From: a virus
Virus record (IMG/VR): IMGVR_UViG_3300038427_000078
Length of the DNA stretch: 64,000 bases
Reading direction: 5' to 3' (one strand)
Numbering within the stretch: the first letter of the stretch is position 1; each line of letters opens with the position of its first letter. The translations under genes and the position numbers were made by a program. Shown here piece after piece: positions 30,201 through 39,511 of this stretch. Under the pieces are notes generated by a model. It saw only the letters and a list, made by a program, of their open reading frames with translations, was not told the origin of the DNA and did no database searches.

Positions 30201-31240
30201 TCAGGTCGGATCCGGCTTGTCAAGCAGCCATTCCGTATGGCCCCTCCATGGGATGTCCGAGTTCTGGCACTCCTGGCACTTCCATCGGCCTACCGGCATG
30301 TCGCTCGGTATCCACAGCATGTCGTGCTGCTCGGCTTCCTTCCCGCACCAGCCGCAGACCCTCATGTGCTCGTACAGATGGTCAGTGCCTTCTGTCCGGT
30401 AGACGTGCTCGCGCTTGATAATGTAGTCGTGCTCGCGCTTGTGGCGCTCACGTTCTTTCGCCTCCTCTTGAGCAGGGGTAAGCCGATCCGAATGACGGAT
30501 AACTGGTCCCTTACGTGGTCCGGGCTTCTCATGCCAGGACCAGCGCATCAGTCCTCCTTTGGTGCTCCCTCGCGCAACGCACGCTCTGTAGCCTGCGCCT
30601 GTGCGCCCAACTGCTCAGCAGCCTGCTTAGCGCCCGGACCCTGTGCCACAATCAGCGAACTCTTCGCGGGCGGCGGTCCGATCTTCTCAAGCACTTCGGT
30701 AAGCTCGTCCTTGAACTCTACCGCGAGGCCGTAGCCTGTCGGGATTTTCAGCGCACCGACAGGGATGAGTCCCTGCTGCTGCGGTTCGCCGGGATTCTCT
30801 GGCGGAAGGCCGGGGATGACGATGCCTGCCTGGAACTGCAAGATGACATGATGCTGGTCAGGAACCGGGATCACATCCATGGTGAAGCACTGTACTGTTG
30901 CGTCGAAGAACACGTTACCTCTCTTTCGTTATTGGATGTTCTCGATTTCTTCGCGAGCCTTCCGCAAAGTGGGTATGGTCTTGGCTGTCTCTTCCGCCTG
31001 CCTCAGTTCTGCATCGACACGGGCCTTGAGTCCCGCTGTCGCCTTGCGGACAAGCTCGAAGGGAGTGACGGGTAGTCCCTCGCTGATCACGGCATCACCG
31101 ACGACACGGGCTATCTGCTCCGTGGCTGCGACTGTGATCCGCACCGGCTGCTGCGACTGACCATCGACTAGAGTGTGTAGCTGCCACCCGTCCGGGTGGA
31201 GAGCGATGGTCAAGGCGTATGACGGAGGTTGTCCAGTCAT
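30201..31240 (-). other. three hypothetical genes (30201-30548 zinc ribbon, 30548-30913, 30929-31240)
   Basis: Coupled ORFs; CGWC...CQEC in the first. Confidence 0.6.
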
Positions 31241-31773
31241 GAGTCCATTGTAGCAGGGTGGGAAATAACGATATGGACACCCGCGTTCTCAAGCCGACCG
31301 AAGATCGACTCCGGGCCGAAGTCGATGGTGTCGTAGCAGTCGGAGTAGTCGATGCCATCCTCGCTCGCCGTGATCGACAGGTCGAGCGTCGTTTTGAGGC
31401 CGAGGGCCGAGGCATCGAACGCAGTCTGCGACACGCTCCACTCGATGAAGTAGCCGCCCACGATGACATCGGTGATGCCGTGAGCTTTCAGGATGCGCTC
31501 TGTACTTTCGATAGGTCTGAGCGATCCTCCTTCAAATGCGGAGGGTGCAGCCCCTCCGTCCTTCGTAACCAGGACTTGTGCCTGCTTGGACACATACGGG
31601 TTGATACGCGCCCCAGGAGTGCCCTTCTTGCAGACCTTGGAGGCGTAGCGACGGGAGGCGATGATCAGATCGACCGGCGAGTAGCCGTCCTTGAAACGCT
31701 TGATCGGATAGTCCTGTCCGACCGCGATGTTGTCGGCTTGGCAATCGACCAGGATCAGGGCTGTCTTGCTCAT
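31237..31773 (-). CDS. isochorismatase/nicotinamidase-fold protein with catalytic Cys replaced by Ser
   Basis: TALILVDCQ...VTK...SAFEG...LKAHGITDVIVGG...WSVSQTAFDA. Confidence 0.78.
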   Translation of the reverse strand: MSKTALILVDCQADNIAVGQDYPIKRFKDGYSPVDLIIASRRYASKVCKKGTPGARINPYVSKQAQVLVTKDGGAAPSAFEGGSLRPIESTERILKAHGITDVIVGGYFIEWSVSQTAFDASALGLKTTLDLSITASEDGIDYSDCYDTIDFGPESIFGRLENAGVHIVISHPATMDS

Positions 31774-31806
31774 CTCCCGCAAGGATAGCACACGCTTGCA
31801 TGTAGA

Positions 31807-32214
31807 TCAACCATATCGCTGTTGAATCTCAGCCGCCCATGCAAGCGCCTCTTCAATCGTAAGACCCTTGGGATGAGCACCCACCCGAAGTTCAAGATTT
31901 TTCGGATTATTGTCGTCGGGCACACCGTTCTTATGATGGACTGTCTCGCCCGGAGCAAGAGGTCGTTCCAACATTTCGATCATGATCTTACGATGCTCAA
32001 GAATATTGCCATTGATATCTGCGTTTGGATGATCCTTGCCAATGTGGATGAATCTAGTACCCTTGGGACCAGGCCATGTATGACCATCCGCTGTACTTCG
32101 ATAGCGTCTTAGATCCGATGGACGTTTACGTCGAATACGTTCGTAGTGCATCTGGCAGAATCCACGGGCATGTATCTGACGGTCGCACCCAGGATGTTTA
32201 CACGTCTTGCTCAT
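31807..32214 (-). CDS. HNH homing endonuclease
   Basis: ILEHRKIMIEMLERPLAPGETVHHKNGVPDDNNPKNLEL. Confidence 0.92.
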   Translation of the reverse strand: MSKTCKHPGCDRQIHARGFCQMHYERIRRKRPSDLRRYRSTADGHTWPGPKGTRFIHIGKDHPNADINGNILEHRKIMIEMLERPLAPGETVHHKNGVPDDNNPKNLELRVGAHPKGLTIEEALAWAAEIQQRYG

Positions 32215-32302
32215 ATAGATAGGATAGCAGAATAACGTAGATTACAAAGCATCATCTAGTGGTCCGACTACAAAAATCAGGCTTGCTAGCTTGTAATGAA
32301 CG

Positions 32303-32704
32303 ATGAGCACACCTACATTCACCGGAACCTTCGAAGGCTCGTTTCCGGGTCTTTTCGTACGCGAACCATTCCAAGCATTGATCGCATCTACCAGTGCAGC
32401 AGAAGCCCTCAGCGTGCAGCAGACTTCTCCGGATGGGGCCGAAGGGGTCATTCTCGCGTTTTACTCCACAGCGCATGCAGGCACCAATAGCTACGATCTA
32501 GTCGTAGAAGGATATGACGATGAGGCCGCTGTATATCATCACATCGTTACCAAAGGCTATAGTGGTGCGACCGAAAAATCAGAATTGTGGATCCCCTTCG
32601 GTCCGTTAGCTGGGAAAGGCGAACCCTTGTTCTACCATTGGCGATTGAAGTTCCTCAATAGCGAACCTGGCATCACTTTCAACGCCAACTTACAATACGT
32701 CTGA
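32303..32704 (+). CDS. putative beta-sandwich virion protein
   Basis: Late motif GTAA-TGAA-CG-ATG; beta-rich sequence. Confidence 0.6.
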   Translation: MSTPTFTGTFEGSFPGLFVREPFQALIASTSAAEALSVQQTSPDGAEGVILAFYSTAHAGTNSYDLVVEGYDDEAAVYHHIVTKGYSGATEKSELWIPFGPLAGKGEPLFYHWRLKFLNSEPGITFNANLQYV

Positions 32705-33261
32705 TGGCACGCTTCACAACTCTCAACTCGACCAAAGTAGCCGAATCCGCGACTATCTACGGTCGTCCTTCCAACACCGACTTCGCTGAATACATCACGG
32801 GTCAAGCCTTCTCCGAAAAGAAAGGAATCGTCCGAGTCGAAGAGTGCTACGACCTCCCGGTCTTCCCTGCCCTTCTCAACAACGATGGCACTCTCGCGAC
32901 TCCGCCTGTGGCGGAAAACACAGGCCGATTCGAAGGCCATGGCGCAGGCTTGCCGGTGGCTCCTCCGTCCTCTTCGGAAATCGCAGCGAACCAGAAAACT
33001 CGGAAGGAAGAACGCGAAGCCAAAGAAAACGAACTCTACAAACTCTGGTCAGAAGAAGGCCACTGGTCAGTTTGTACCTTCGCGGAAATCCAGGAACACG
33101 AAAAACCGCAGGGCTTGTGCGAATTCATTGTCAAAGAAGGCGTTGAGCTTTCGTTCAACGCTTACGCCGGTGCCCCGATGTGGCGAGTGTCATTCGAGGC
33201 AACCGCCGAAACAAAATTGGTGCGTATCTTCGCGCGAGCCTTCGAGCGTGGCAAGGTCTGA
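32704..33261 (+). CDS. putative virion protein (Glu-rich, Asp-poor)
   Basis: Coupled late ORF with GAA/AAA codon regime. Confidence 0.6.
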   Translation: MARFTTLNSTKVAESATIYGRPSNTDFAEYITGQAFSEKKGIVRVEECYDLPVFPALLNNDGTLATPPVAENTGRFEGHGAGLPVAPPSSSEIAANQKTRKEEREAKENELYKLWSEEGHWSVCTFAEIQEHEKPQGLCEFIVKEGVELSFNAYAGAPMWRVSFEATAETKLVRIFARAFERGKV

Positions 33262-33279
33262 TCAGGCCGGGAGTGCCTG

Positions 33280-36200
33280 ATGAAAGACCCTTTCACGATC
33301 AACAACGCCGACCTCTCGCAGTGCCCCGATTGCGGCGCTCACTTTCAAGTAGACCCTCGCGGTGACATCCAGTCGGGTCCGTGCCCGGAATGTGGCGGCA
33401 CGCGCATGTTCATGGACCAGCCATCACCTGTGCAGTCTGACGGCACACTGCGCAACATGGTGGACAGTGACACTCAGAAAGATGCCGGGGGCAACCCGCT
33501 CAAAGAGGGTACGATCATGGGCGAAGATGGCGAACGCTCACTCGACCACCGTGACAACTACATGCACGGTCATGTCATCGCGGCTATCTTCGAGACTCCC
33601 GAGGAGCAGGAACAGCGCGAAGCCGAGGAAGCCGCTGGGCATGTCCACGTCGCTCCGGAGATAGTGAATCTACACGATCATCCTGACACCTGGCGCACAC
33701 CATCTCCGTTCGAGCCTCCTAAGAAGCCAGGTCTTATACAGCGCATGTTCGAAGCCAATTTGGTCATCACATCTGGCGTCTGCCCAGCCTGCGGCAAAAG
33801 CACTACGGTCTACCCGAACGGAGCCTCCGCTTGTAACAGTTACCTCTGCGGCAAGCATTGGGGACCGGACGGTCAAGAGGTAGACCACAAAGTCCCACCT
33901 GCGACCGAACCTCCGGGTCCAGTCAAAGGAGCCACGCCGTACCTCGACATCGACAAGATCAGCGCCGTGGATGTCTACACGCAGCCCAACTCTCAGGAAG
34001 GTGAGGGAGACAGCCAGAAGGCGCGTCTGTGGGACCGCATTGACAAGCTGCGTGACCAGGGCGAAGTGTCGGGCCTCTTGCCGAAGCAGAACTTCGACAA
34101 ACCCGCGTGGGAGCCGACCCTGTTCCAGACGCCGCAGATTCCCCGCTGCCGAGGCTGCAAGAAGCCGATAGCTGATTGGGGTGCGGCTGCCCAGGACGGA
34201 GTATACGAGTGCCCCGGCTGTTCGCAACTCAGCATGGTGACCAAGATAAGGCATCAAGGTGCCTCCAATCCCAGCGTAATAGATAGGAAGATGACTGACT
34301 TCGAGCGCCATAGCCGCAGCATGGAACCGTACGAGTCGCTATGGGAGCGTGAGGGTGGCTTGGTAAACGAAGAAGAGGCTGCTGGCAACCCGCAGCCCGG
34401 AGAGGCGCAGCCTCAGCAACAGCAGGGCGGCGGTGGAGGCGGAGGCTTGCCTGTACCCGGCGTCGGCGGCTTGATGAAGGGCGTCATGGGCGGAGGCGGA
34501 GAGGCCGGAGCCGGGGCCGCAGGCTTGGGCGAGGTCGCAGAGCTTGCTCCTCTCGCACTCCTCGCATTCGTGGACCAGAGCCACTATGAAACTCCTGCGT
34601 CAAACCCGGACGTTGGCACCAAGCATGACGACCCGGAGGAGGTCGATCAGAAGGAGTTCAACGACGGCGACAAATCACCGAAAAACATCAAGAACCCGGA
34701 GACAGGCGAACCGGGTGGTGTCACGCTGGGCGAGAAAGGTCACAACAAGGCCGACGACAGCATGGGGATGGACAACTTCGATGACCACAGCCCTGCGAGC
34801 GAGACTTTCCAGCAACTCCTCCCACTTCTGTTACACTTCTTCAATAGTGAGGAGTCCGGAGCCAACCACCCGGCGATCAAGGGACTACACGAAATGCTAG
34901 AGCAAGAGCACCCAGGATACTTGGACAAGGGTGACCCACATCACGCAGAGATTTTGATCCAGACGCTACAAGCGCCAAAGCATGCCGGTGCGCCTTCCGT
35001 TTGGGAAGAGACAGGCCAGCAAGTTCCATGCTCTACATGCCAGGCTAGCGGCAACCCTAACTGCCCTATGTGTCAAGGTAGAGGCACGATGCCCGAGCGC
35101 CGTTCAATTGTCTCACCTGATGAGATTGATCGTGCTGCTGAAATTCTTCGAGGAGGGGACCGTCGCCAGGCCGTTGTCGAAAATCCAGGAATGGCCGGAG
35201 AAGCACCTGAAATGGTGGGCGGCGGTGCTCCCGAAGCTAAGCCCTTCGCCGGGATGCAACCGGGAGGCATGGCCGAGCCTGGCATCGGAGGAGGTTGCCC
35301 TTCTTGCGGCGGTGCGCTCGATGGTGCTGGCGGATGCCCACAGTGCGGAACAGGTCAAGGCAACACGCAGACACAGCAGATGTCTCCTCTACCCGGAGGA
35401 TCGGCCTTCGCACAGCAAGCATTACAGACACCGCAGAATCCTCAGATGCGAGCCGCCAACCATCAGGGTCCGGTCACACCTGAGCAGATTTCTGTCATTC
35501 AGACATGGCTCATGGAACATGGTCGTCAAGAAGAGGTACCGAATGTACCCCTCGATCCGGGCAATCCCGAGTACGTCAAGATCCTCTCTGAAATCCAGGG
35601 CCGAGCAAACGTAGCTCCGCAGGTACAGCCACAGGAAGTCACTCCTCCGCCTCCACCGCCCTCTCCGGGTGGATCGATGCCGGTACCAGGCATGGGCGCA
35701 GGCGAAGCAGGCGGACAGCCAATGTCACCTGTCTCCTCCGTCAACGAGGACTTCCCTGACGACGCTCTCTTCTTCGACAAGATTTCAGGCAATTGGAGCA
35801 ACGGTTACGAAGCTCCGATGAAGCCGTCGCTCTTCGATGAGAAAGCGGGACTCGGTGCTCCGCCTGCCGAGGAGGAGCGCTACATCACCGCTCCCGATGG
35901 AAGGGTCATCGACACATGGGCGCACAACAACGTGTCCGCTCCGGAGGCTCTGACTCAGGACGACCAGTGGTGGCAGGATCACGATCTGTGGGCAGGCCAC
36001 ACCGCCGCTGACAACGTGGCTGAGCGCTGCCCTCAGTGCGGCTCAGCAACGACCGGCATGGTGGGCGACCAGGATGGCACACAGCACTGCCACTCATGCG
36101 GCAACAACTGGCGGAAATCTGACGAGATTGATGACGCAGGCATCGGTAGCAGCACACTCTCTCACACCGCAGCGCCCACGATCCAGGCTCCGAACCCGGT

Positions 36201-37167
36201 AGACGCTCCTGCCGCAGAGCAGGCATCGCCGCTCGACATCCAGCCGAACGAAGACTCAGGACTCACCTGGAAGGACGAGTCGGGCCAGCCGCTTGAGGCC
36301 GGTCAGACCTACATGATGAAGTCCACACAGTACCCGGTCCCGGACATGGTGAAGATCATGCGCGTGAAGCCGGATGGACTTGAAGTCAACGAGATTGGTA
36401 CCTTCGGCAACGACCCGAACGCTCTTCATCACACCATCCACGTTACACGCGAGGAAATGCAGGCCAACGAGTTGACCTTCCAGGTCGCTCCGCAGGACGC
36501 CGACGACCGCAACAACGAACCTCCGGTTGGTGGACAGGCTCCGGGCATGCCGCCCGTGCAAGAAACCACTGACCAGCGATCAGACGCGGACCAGAGCTTC
36601 CGCGCGAGCGTACAGGAGCAGGATGACAGGTGCCCGAAGTGCGGACACGCCGATGGCGACCTCACCAGCAAGGGACACCGCATCAGCCACTCCTCAACGA
36701 TGGTATCCGAGGATCAGGTCGAACACGAATGCTCGTACTGCGGGGAGAACTGGATCACGAAGGAAGAGATGGTCGAAGGACTTCACGCTACGGCAGGCGA
36801 GAACGGAGAACGCACCTGGGCCAATCCTGCCGCCGACTGGTTGAACGAAGACGAGGACAGTTGGGGCGAGGTTGACCGCCAGCGTATGCTCGCTGCGGCC
36901 TCACACCGAAGCCGCAACATCGGAGACATCCCTCGCGACAGGCACGCCCAGGAGGTCAAGGCGTACCTCGACAGCCAGCCATCCATCGTGAAGGAGGGCG
37001 GTCGCTACTTTAGTCCTATGGAGCAGCGGGGACTAATAGATGAGGATGGTGTGGCGCGTAACAGCGACATGCTCAACCTCGATGGGACGCACTACAAGCA
37101 TTCCAGAGAAGAGACAACAGTAGATCCAGACAGGGTGCCTCTAGAGCACATTCTCTTCGGGTTATAG
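33280..37167 (+). CDS. 1295-aa multi-zinc-ribbon, low-complexity putative internal head protein
   Basis: Seven CxxC..CxxC-type pairs; C-terminal FSPMEQRGLIDEDG.ARN..L.LDGTHY motif; lies upstream of head genes. Confidence 0.7.
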   Translation: MKDPFTINNADLSQCPDCGAHFQVDPRGDIQSGPCPECGGTRMFMDQPSPVQSDGTLRNMVDSDTQKDAGGNPLKEGTIMGEDGERSLDHRDNYMHGHVIAAIFETPEEQEQREAEEAAGHVHVAPEIVNLHDHPDTWRTPSPFEPPKKPGLIQRMFEANLVITSGVCPACGKSTTVYPNGASACNSYLCGKHWGPDGQEVDHKVPPATEPPGPVKGATPYLDIDKISAVDVYTQPNSQEGEGDSQKARLWDRIDKLRDQGEVSGLLPKQNFDKPAWEPTLFQTPQIPRCRGCKKPIADWGAAAQDGVYECPGCSQLSMVTKIRHQGASNPSVIDRKMTDFERHSRSMEPYESLWEREGGLVNEEEAAGNPQPGEAQPQQQQGGGGGGGLPVPGVGGLMKGVMGGGGEAGAGAAGLGEVAELAPLALLAFVDQSHYETPASNPDVGTKHDDPEEVDQKEFNDGDKSPKNIKNPETGEPGGVTLGEKGHNKADDSMGMDNFDDHSPASETFQQLLPLLLHFFNSEESGANHPAIKGLHEMLEQEHPGYLDKGDPHHAEILIQTLQAPKHAGAPSVWEETGQQVPCSTCQASGNPNCPMCQGRGTMPERRSIVSPDEIDRAAEILRGGDRRQAVVENPGMAGEAPEMVGGGAPEAKPFAGMQPGGMAEPGIGGGCPSCGGALDGAGGCPQCGTGQGNTQTQQMSPLPGGSAFAQQALQTPQNPQMRAANHQGPVTPEQISVIQTWLMEHGRQEEVPNVPLDPGNPEYVKILSEIQGRANVAPQVQPQEVTPPPPPPSPGGSMPVPGMGAGEAGGQPMSPVSSVNEDFPDDALFFDKISGNWSNGYEAPMKPSLFDEKAGLGAPPAEEERYITAPDGRVIDTWAHNNVSAPEALTQDDQWWQDHDLWAGHTAADNVAERCPQCGSATTGMVGDQDGTQHCHSCGNNWRKSDEIDDAGIGSSTLSHTAAPTIQAPNPVDAPAAEQASPLDIQPNEDSGLTWKDESGQPLEAGQTYMMKSTQYPVPDMVKIMRVKPDGLEVNEIGTFGNDPNALHHTIHVTREEMQANELTFQVAPQDADDRNNEPPVGGQAPGMPPVQETTDQRSDADQSFRASVQEQDDRCPKCGHADGDLTSKGHRISHSSTMVSEDQVEHECSYCGENWITKEEMVEGLHATAGENGERTWANPAADWLNEDEDSWGEVDRQRMLAAASHRSRNIGDIPRDRHAQEVKAYLDSQPSIVKEGGRYFSPMEQRGLIDEDGVARNSDMLNLDGTHYKHSREETTVDPDRVPLEHILFGL

Positions 37168-37205
37168 ATACCAATAAATCATCCTTGTTCGGAACATAAA
37201 GGGTG

Positions 37206-37637
37206 ATGACCCGTTTCAAAGGCGACAAGGACATTGTGCCAACCCGTACGCATAAGGTGTGCGGCAAGTGCAAACTGGATAAGGAGCTAACCGCCTTTGG
37301 TTTGTCTTCGACATCTCGCGATGGACGCCGTAGTCGCTGTACGGAATGTCGAAGTCGGTACGACTGTAAAGACAAGGCACTACGATCACAACGGCAACGA
37401 GAACGCTATGACGAAGGCAAACGATTCGTAGATGACCTCAAGACCAAAGGGTCGTGTATCGATTGCAAACAGAAATTTCATCCAGTTTGCATGCAGTTTC
37501 ATCACCGTGATCCTGCAACCAAGATCAAAGCGGTCGCAGAAATGCTTAGCCATAGCCGTGAGACTCTGGAAGCCGAGATAGCTAAGTGCGATTTGATCTG
37601 CGCTAACTGCCATCTTCTGCGTACCTACGGAGGATAA
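37206..37637 (+). CDS. HNH homing endonuclease
   Basis: CIDC...MQFHHRDP..K...EIAKCDLICANCH. Confidence 0.88.
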   Translation: MTRFKGDKDIVPTRTHKVCGKCKLDKELTAFGLSSTSRDGRRSRCTECRSRYDCKDKALRSQRQRERYDEGKRFVDDLKTKGSCIDCKQKFHPVCMQFHHRDPATKIKAVAEMLSHSRETLEAEIAKCDLICANCHLLRTYGG

Positions 37638-37688
37638 ATAGTAGGAAACCGATGTTCGGTCTGTAACCAACACAAAGGAGAGTAAGTC

Positions 37689-37934
37689 ATGTCAGATGAG
37701 CAAGCAGTACCAGAGGACAACAGAGAGCAGGAAATCGAGTGTTCCATTTGCGGTAGAGCAGGTATCCCGCCGAAGGCATGCACAACCTGCCTCGGCGGAG
37801 CTAAGGTGCAGGAGCGTGCCTACACCTTGAGCGAGCTACGCGGCATGAGCCAAGAGGAGCGGGACCGCATCACACGCGGTAATCGCCCGAGTGGTGCGCC
37901 ACCGAGAATCGTCCACTTGCCGGGTTCGGCGTGA
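37689..37934 (+). CDS. small zinc-ribbon protein
   Basis: SD AAGGAG; CSIC...CTTC. Confidence 0.6.
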   Translation: MSDEQAVPEDNREQEIECSICGRAGIPPKACTTCLGGAKVQERAYTLSELRGMSQEERDRITRGNRPSGAPPRIVHLPGSA

Positions 37935-37972
37935 GCACGTACAAACCAACGAAAACGGAAAGGTAACAGACG

Positions 37973-38872
37973 ATGGCATTCTTATTCCTACAAGGTCCAG
38001 AGGTCCGCAAGGTCAGCCGCAAGGAAGCCGAGGCAGCAATCCGCGAGCATGAGGACGTTCCCGCTGAGGGAGCAGAGGTCGCGGTCAGCGAGCTAGCAGG
38101 ACATTGGGTCGCAGCCGTCTACGTCGCTGACGCTCCGCCATTCAAGGCGGACGGTCCAGCAGACGCCGACGAGGAGATTCCTGGTCCGAAGAGCGAGTCA
38201 CCGGACGACGCCACACCGTCAGCAGATAACGGCGGCTCAGACGACAGCGATGGCCCGCCTTCTGACGACGGCGGCGACAGCGATGGACCGCCGAAGGACG
38301 ACAAGGGCGAGAAGGGTGGCGAGAAGCATGAGCTTGGAGAGGTACTTCACCTGCTCACCACACTCTTCGAAGGTCTTGGACTCCCGCTTCCAGGTGGACT
38401 TGGCGGATCGCCGGTTCCTGGTGAAGATCCTACCGCTGGTGGCCCTCCGGGTGCCGGTGGACCTCCTGGCGCTGGCGGACCCCCGCCTGGTGCTGGTGGA
38501 CCGCCTCCGGGTGGAGGACAGCCGGGACCGCTTGGTCACGGTGGACACCCCGCTGAACAGAGGATTCAGCATGAGCGTGCTCTCAAGCCGGGAGAAGTTC
38601 CTCCGGGATCAACTCCAATCGGCGCTCCCGCTTTCTCTCACATCCTAGCCAGCCACCCGGTGAAACCTCACCCGTGGGCCAACGTACTTGGCAAGAAGGC
38701 TACGTTCGAGACTGAGCCGGAACGAATCCCTGAGACACACACGGCTGAGGCTGTCACGGCGGAACTCAATTACCTCGCTCAAGGCACCGGCTACAAGGTG
38801 AAGCAGGTTCACATCGAAGTGGACCCGGCAACCGGCCACCGCATCGCACGCGGTCTACTCTCACGACGCTAA
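37973..38872 (+). CDS. Gly/Pro/Asp-rich putative head-associated protein
   Basis: Late motif upstream; AGGPP repeats; position before protease. Confidence 0.65.
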   Translation: MAFLFLQGPEVRKVSRKEAEAAIREHEDVPAEGAEVAVSELAGHWVAAVYVADAPPFKADGPADADEEIPGPKSESPDDATPSADNGGSDDSDGPPSDDGGDSDGPPKDDKGEKGGEKHELGEVLHLLTTLFEGLGLPLPGGLGGSPVPGEDPTAGGPPGAGGPPGAGGPPPGAGGPPPGGGQPGPLGHGGHPAEQRIQHERALKPGEVPPGSTPIGAPAFSHILASHPVKPHPWANVLGKKATFETEPERIPETHTAEAVTAELNYLAQGTGYKVKQVHIEVDPATGHRIARGLLSRR

Positions 38873-38882
38873 GGAGGTCGGC

Positions 38883-39068
38883 ATGGCCGATCTAGATGAC
38901 GCCATCCGCGATGAGTTCAATCGCATGCGTGGACGCCTCTGTGGATTCATAGAGGCTTGTGGTTTGCCAGAGCGCCAGGAGCGCGGAGCTATCGCCACTC
39001 TCAAGTCACTTTCGTACGACGCCGAGAACGAGATAGTTCGTTTGGTGGATGACCGGGACGAGCAGTAA
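38883..39068 (+). CDS. hypothetical protein
   Basis: SD AAGGAGG upstream. Confidence 0.6.
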   Translation: MADLDDAIRDEFNRMRGRLCGFIEACGLPERQERGAIATLKSLSYDAENEIVRLVDDRDEQ

Positions 39069-39097
39069 CTAGCGCTCGTCCTGTGACGTAAAGAGCG

Positions 39098-39511
39098 ATG
39101 GCTACTAAAGTCTGCTCACGATGCGAACTTGAGAAGGAGTCGGATGACTTCTACTTCTACGCGGGAAGGTACTTCCCGTACTGCAAGGAATGCGCAGGCA
39201 AGGCCGACAAACGCCGTCGTGCCGAAGATCCTTTGCGCACCAAGCGCTCAGATCGAGCAGCGCATCTACGGCTATATGGTCTGACTTTAGCGGACTACGA
39301 TGCACTGCTTGAAGATCAGGGCGGTGTTTGCGCGATTTGTGGCACGGAAGAGAGTGGGCACGGGCGCACAGAACACTTCTTGGTCGATCATGACCACGAC
39401 ACAGATGAGGTTCGAGGACTTCTATGCCAGGGCTGCAATACTGGCCTGGGAGGATTTCGCGAGAACATAGACTCACTCAAATCGGCAATCGATTACTTGG
39501 AGAGATTCTAA
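39098..39511 (+). CDS. endonuclease VII-family homing endonuclease
   Basis: YGLTLADYDALLEDQGGVCAICG...VDHDHDTDEVRGLLCQGCNTGLG. Confidence 0.9.
   Translation: MATKVCSRCELEKESDDFYFYAGRYFPYCKECAGKADKRRRAEDPLRTKRSDRAAHLRLYGLTLADYDALLEDQGGVCAICGTEESGHGRTEHFLVDHDHDTDEVRGLLCQGCNTGLGGFRENIDSLKSAIDYLERF

Noticed and set aside
38440-38530. GGPP-coding short tandem repeats
   Set aside because: Ordinary low-complexity protein linker, not an independent repeat element
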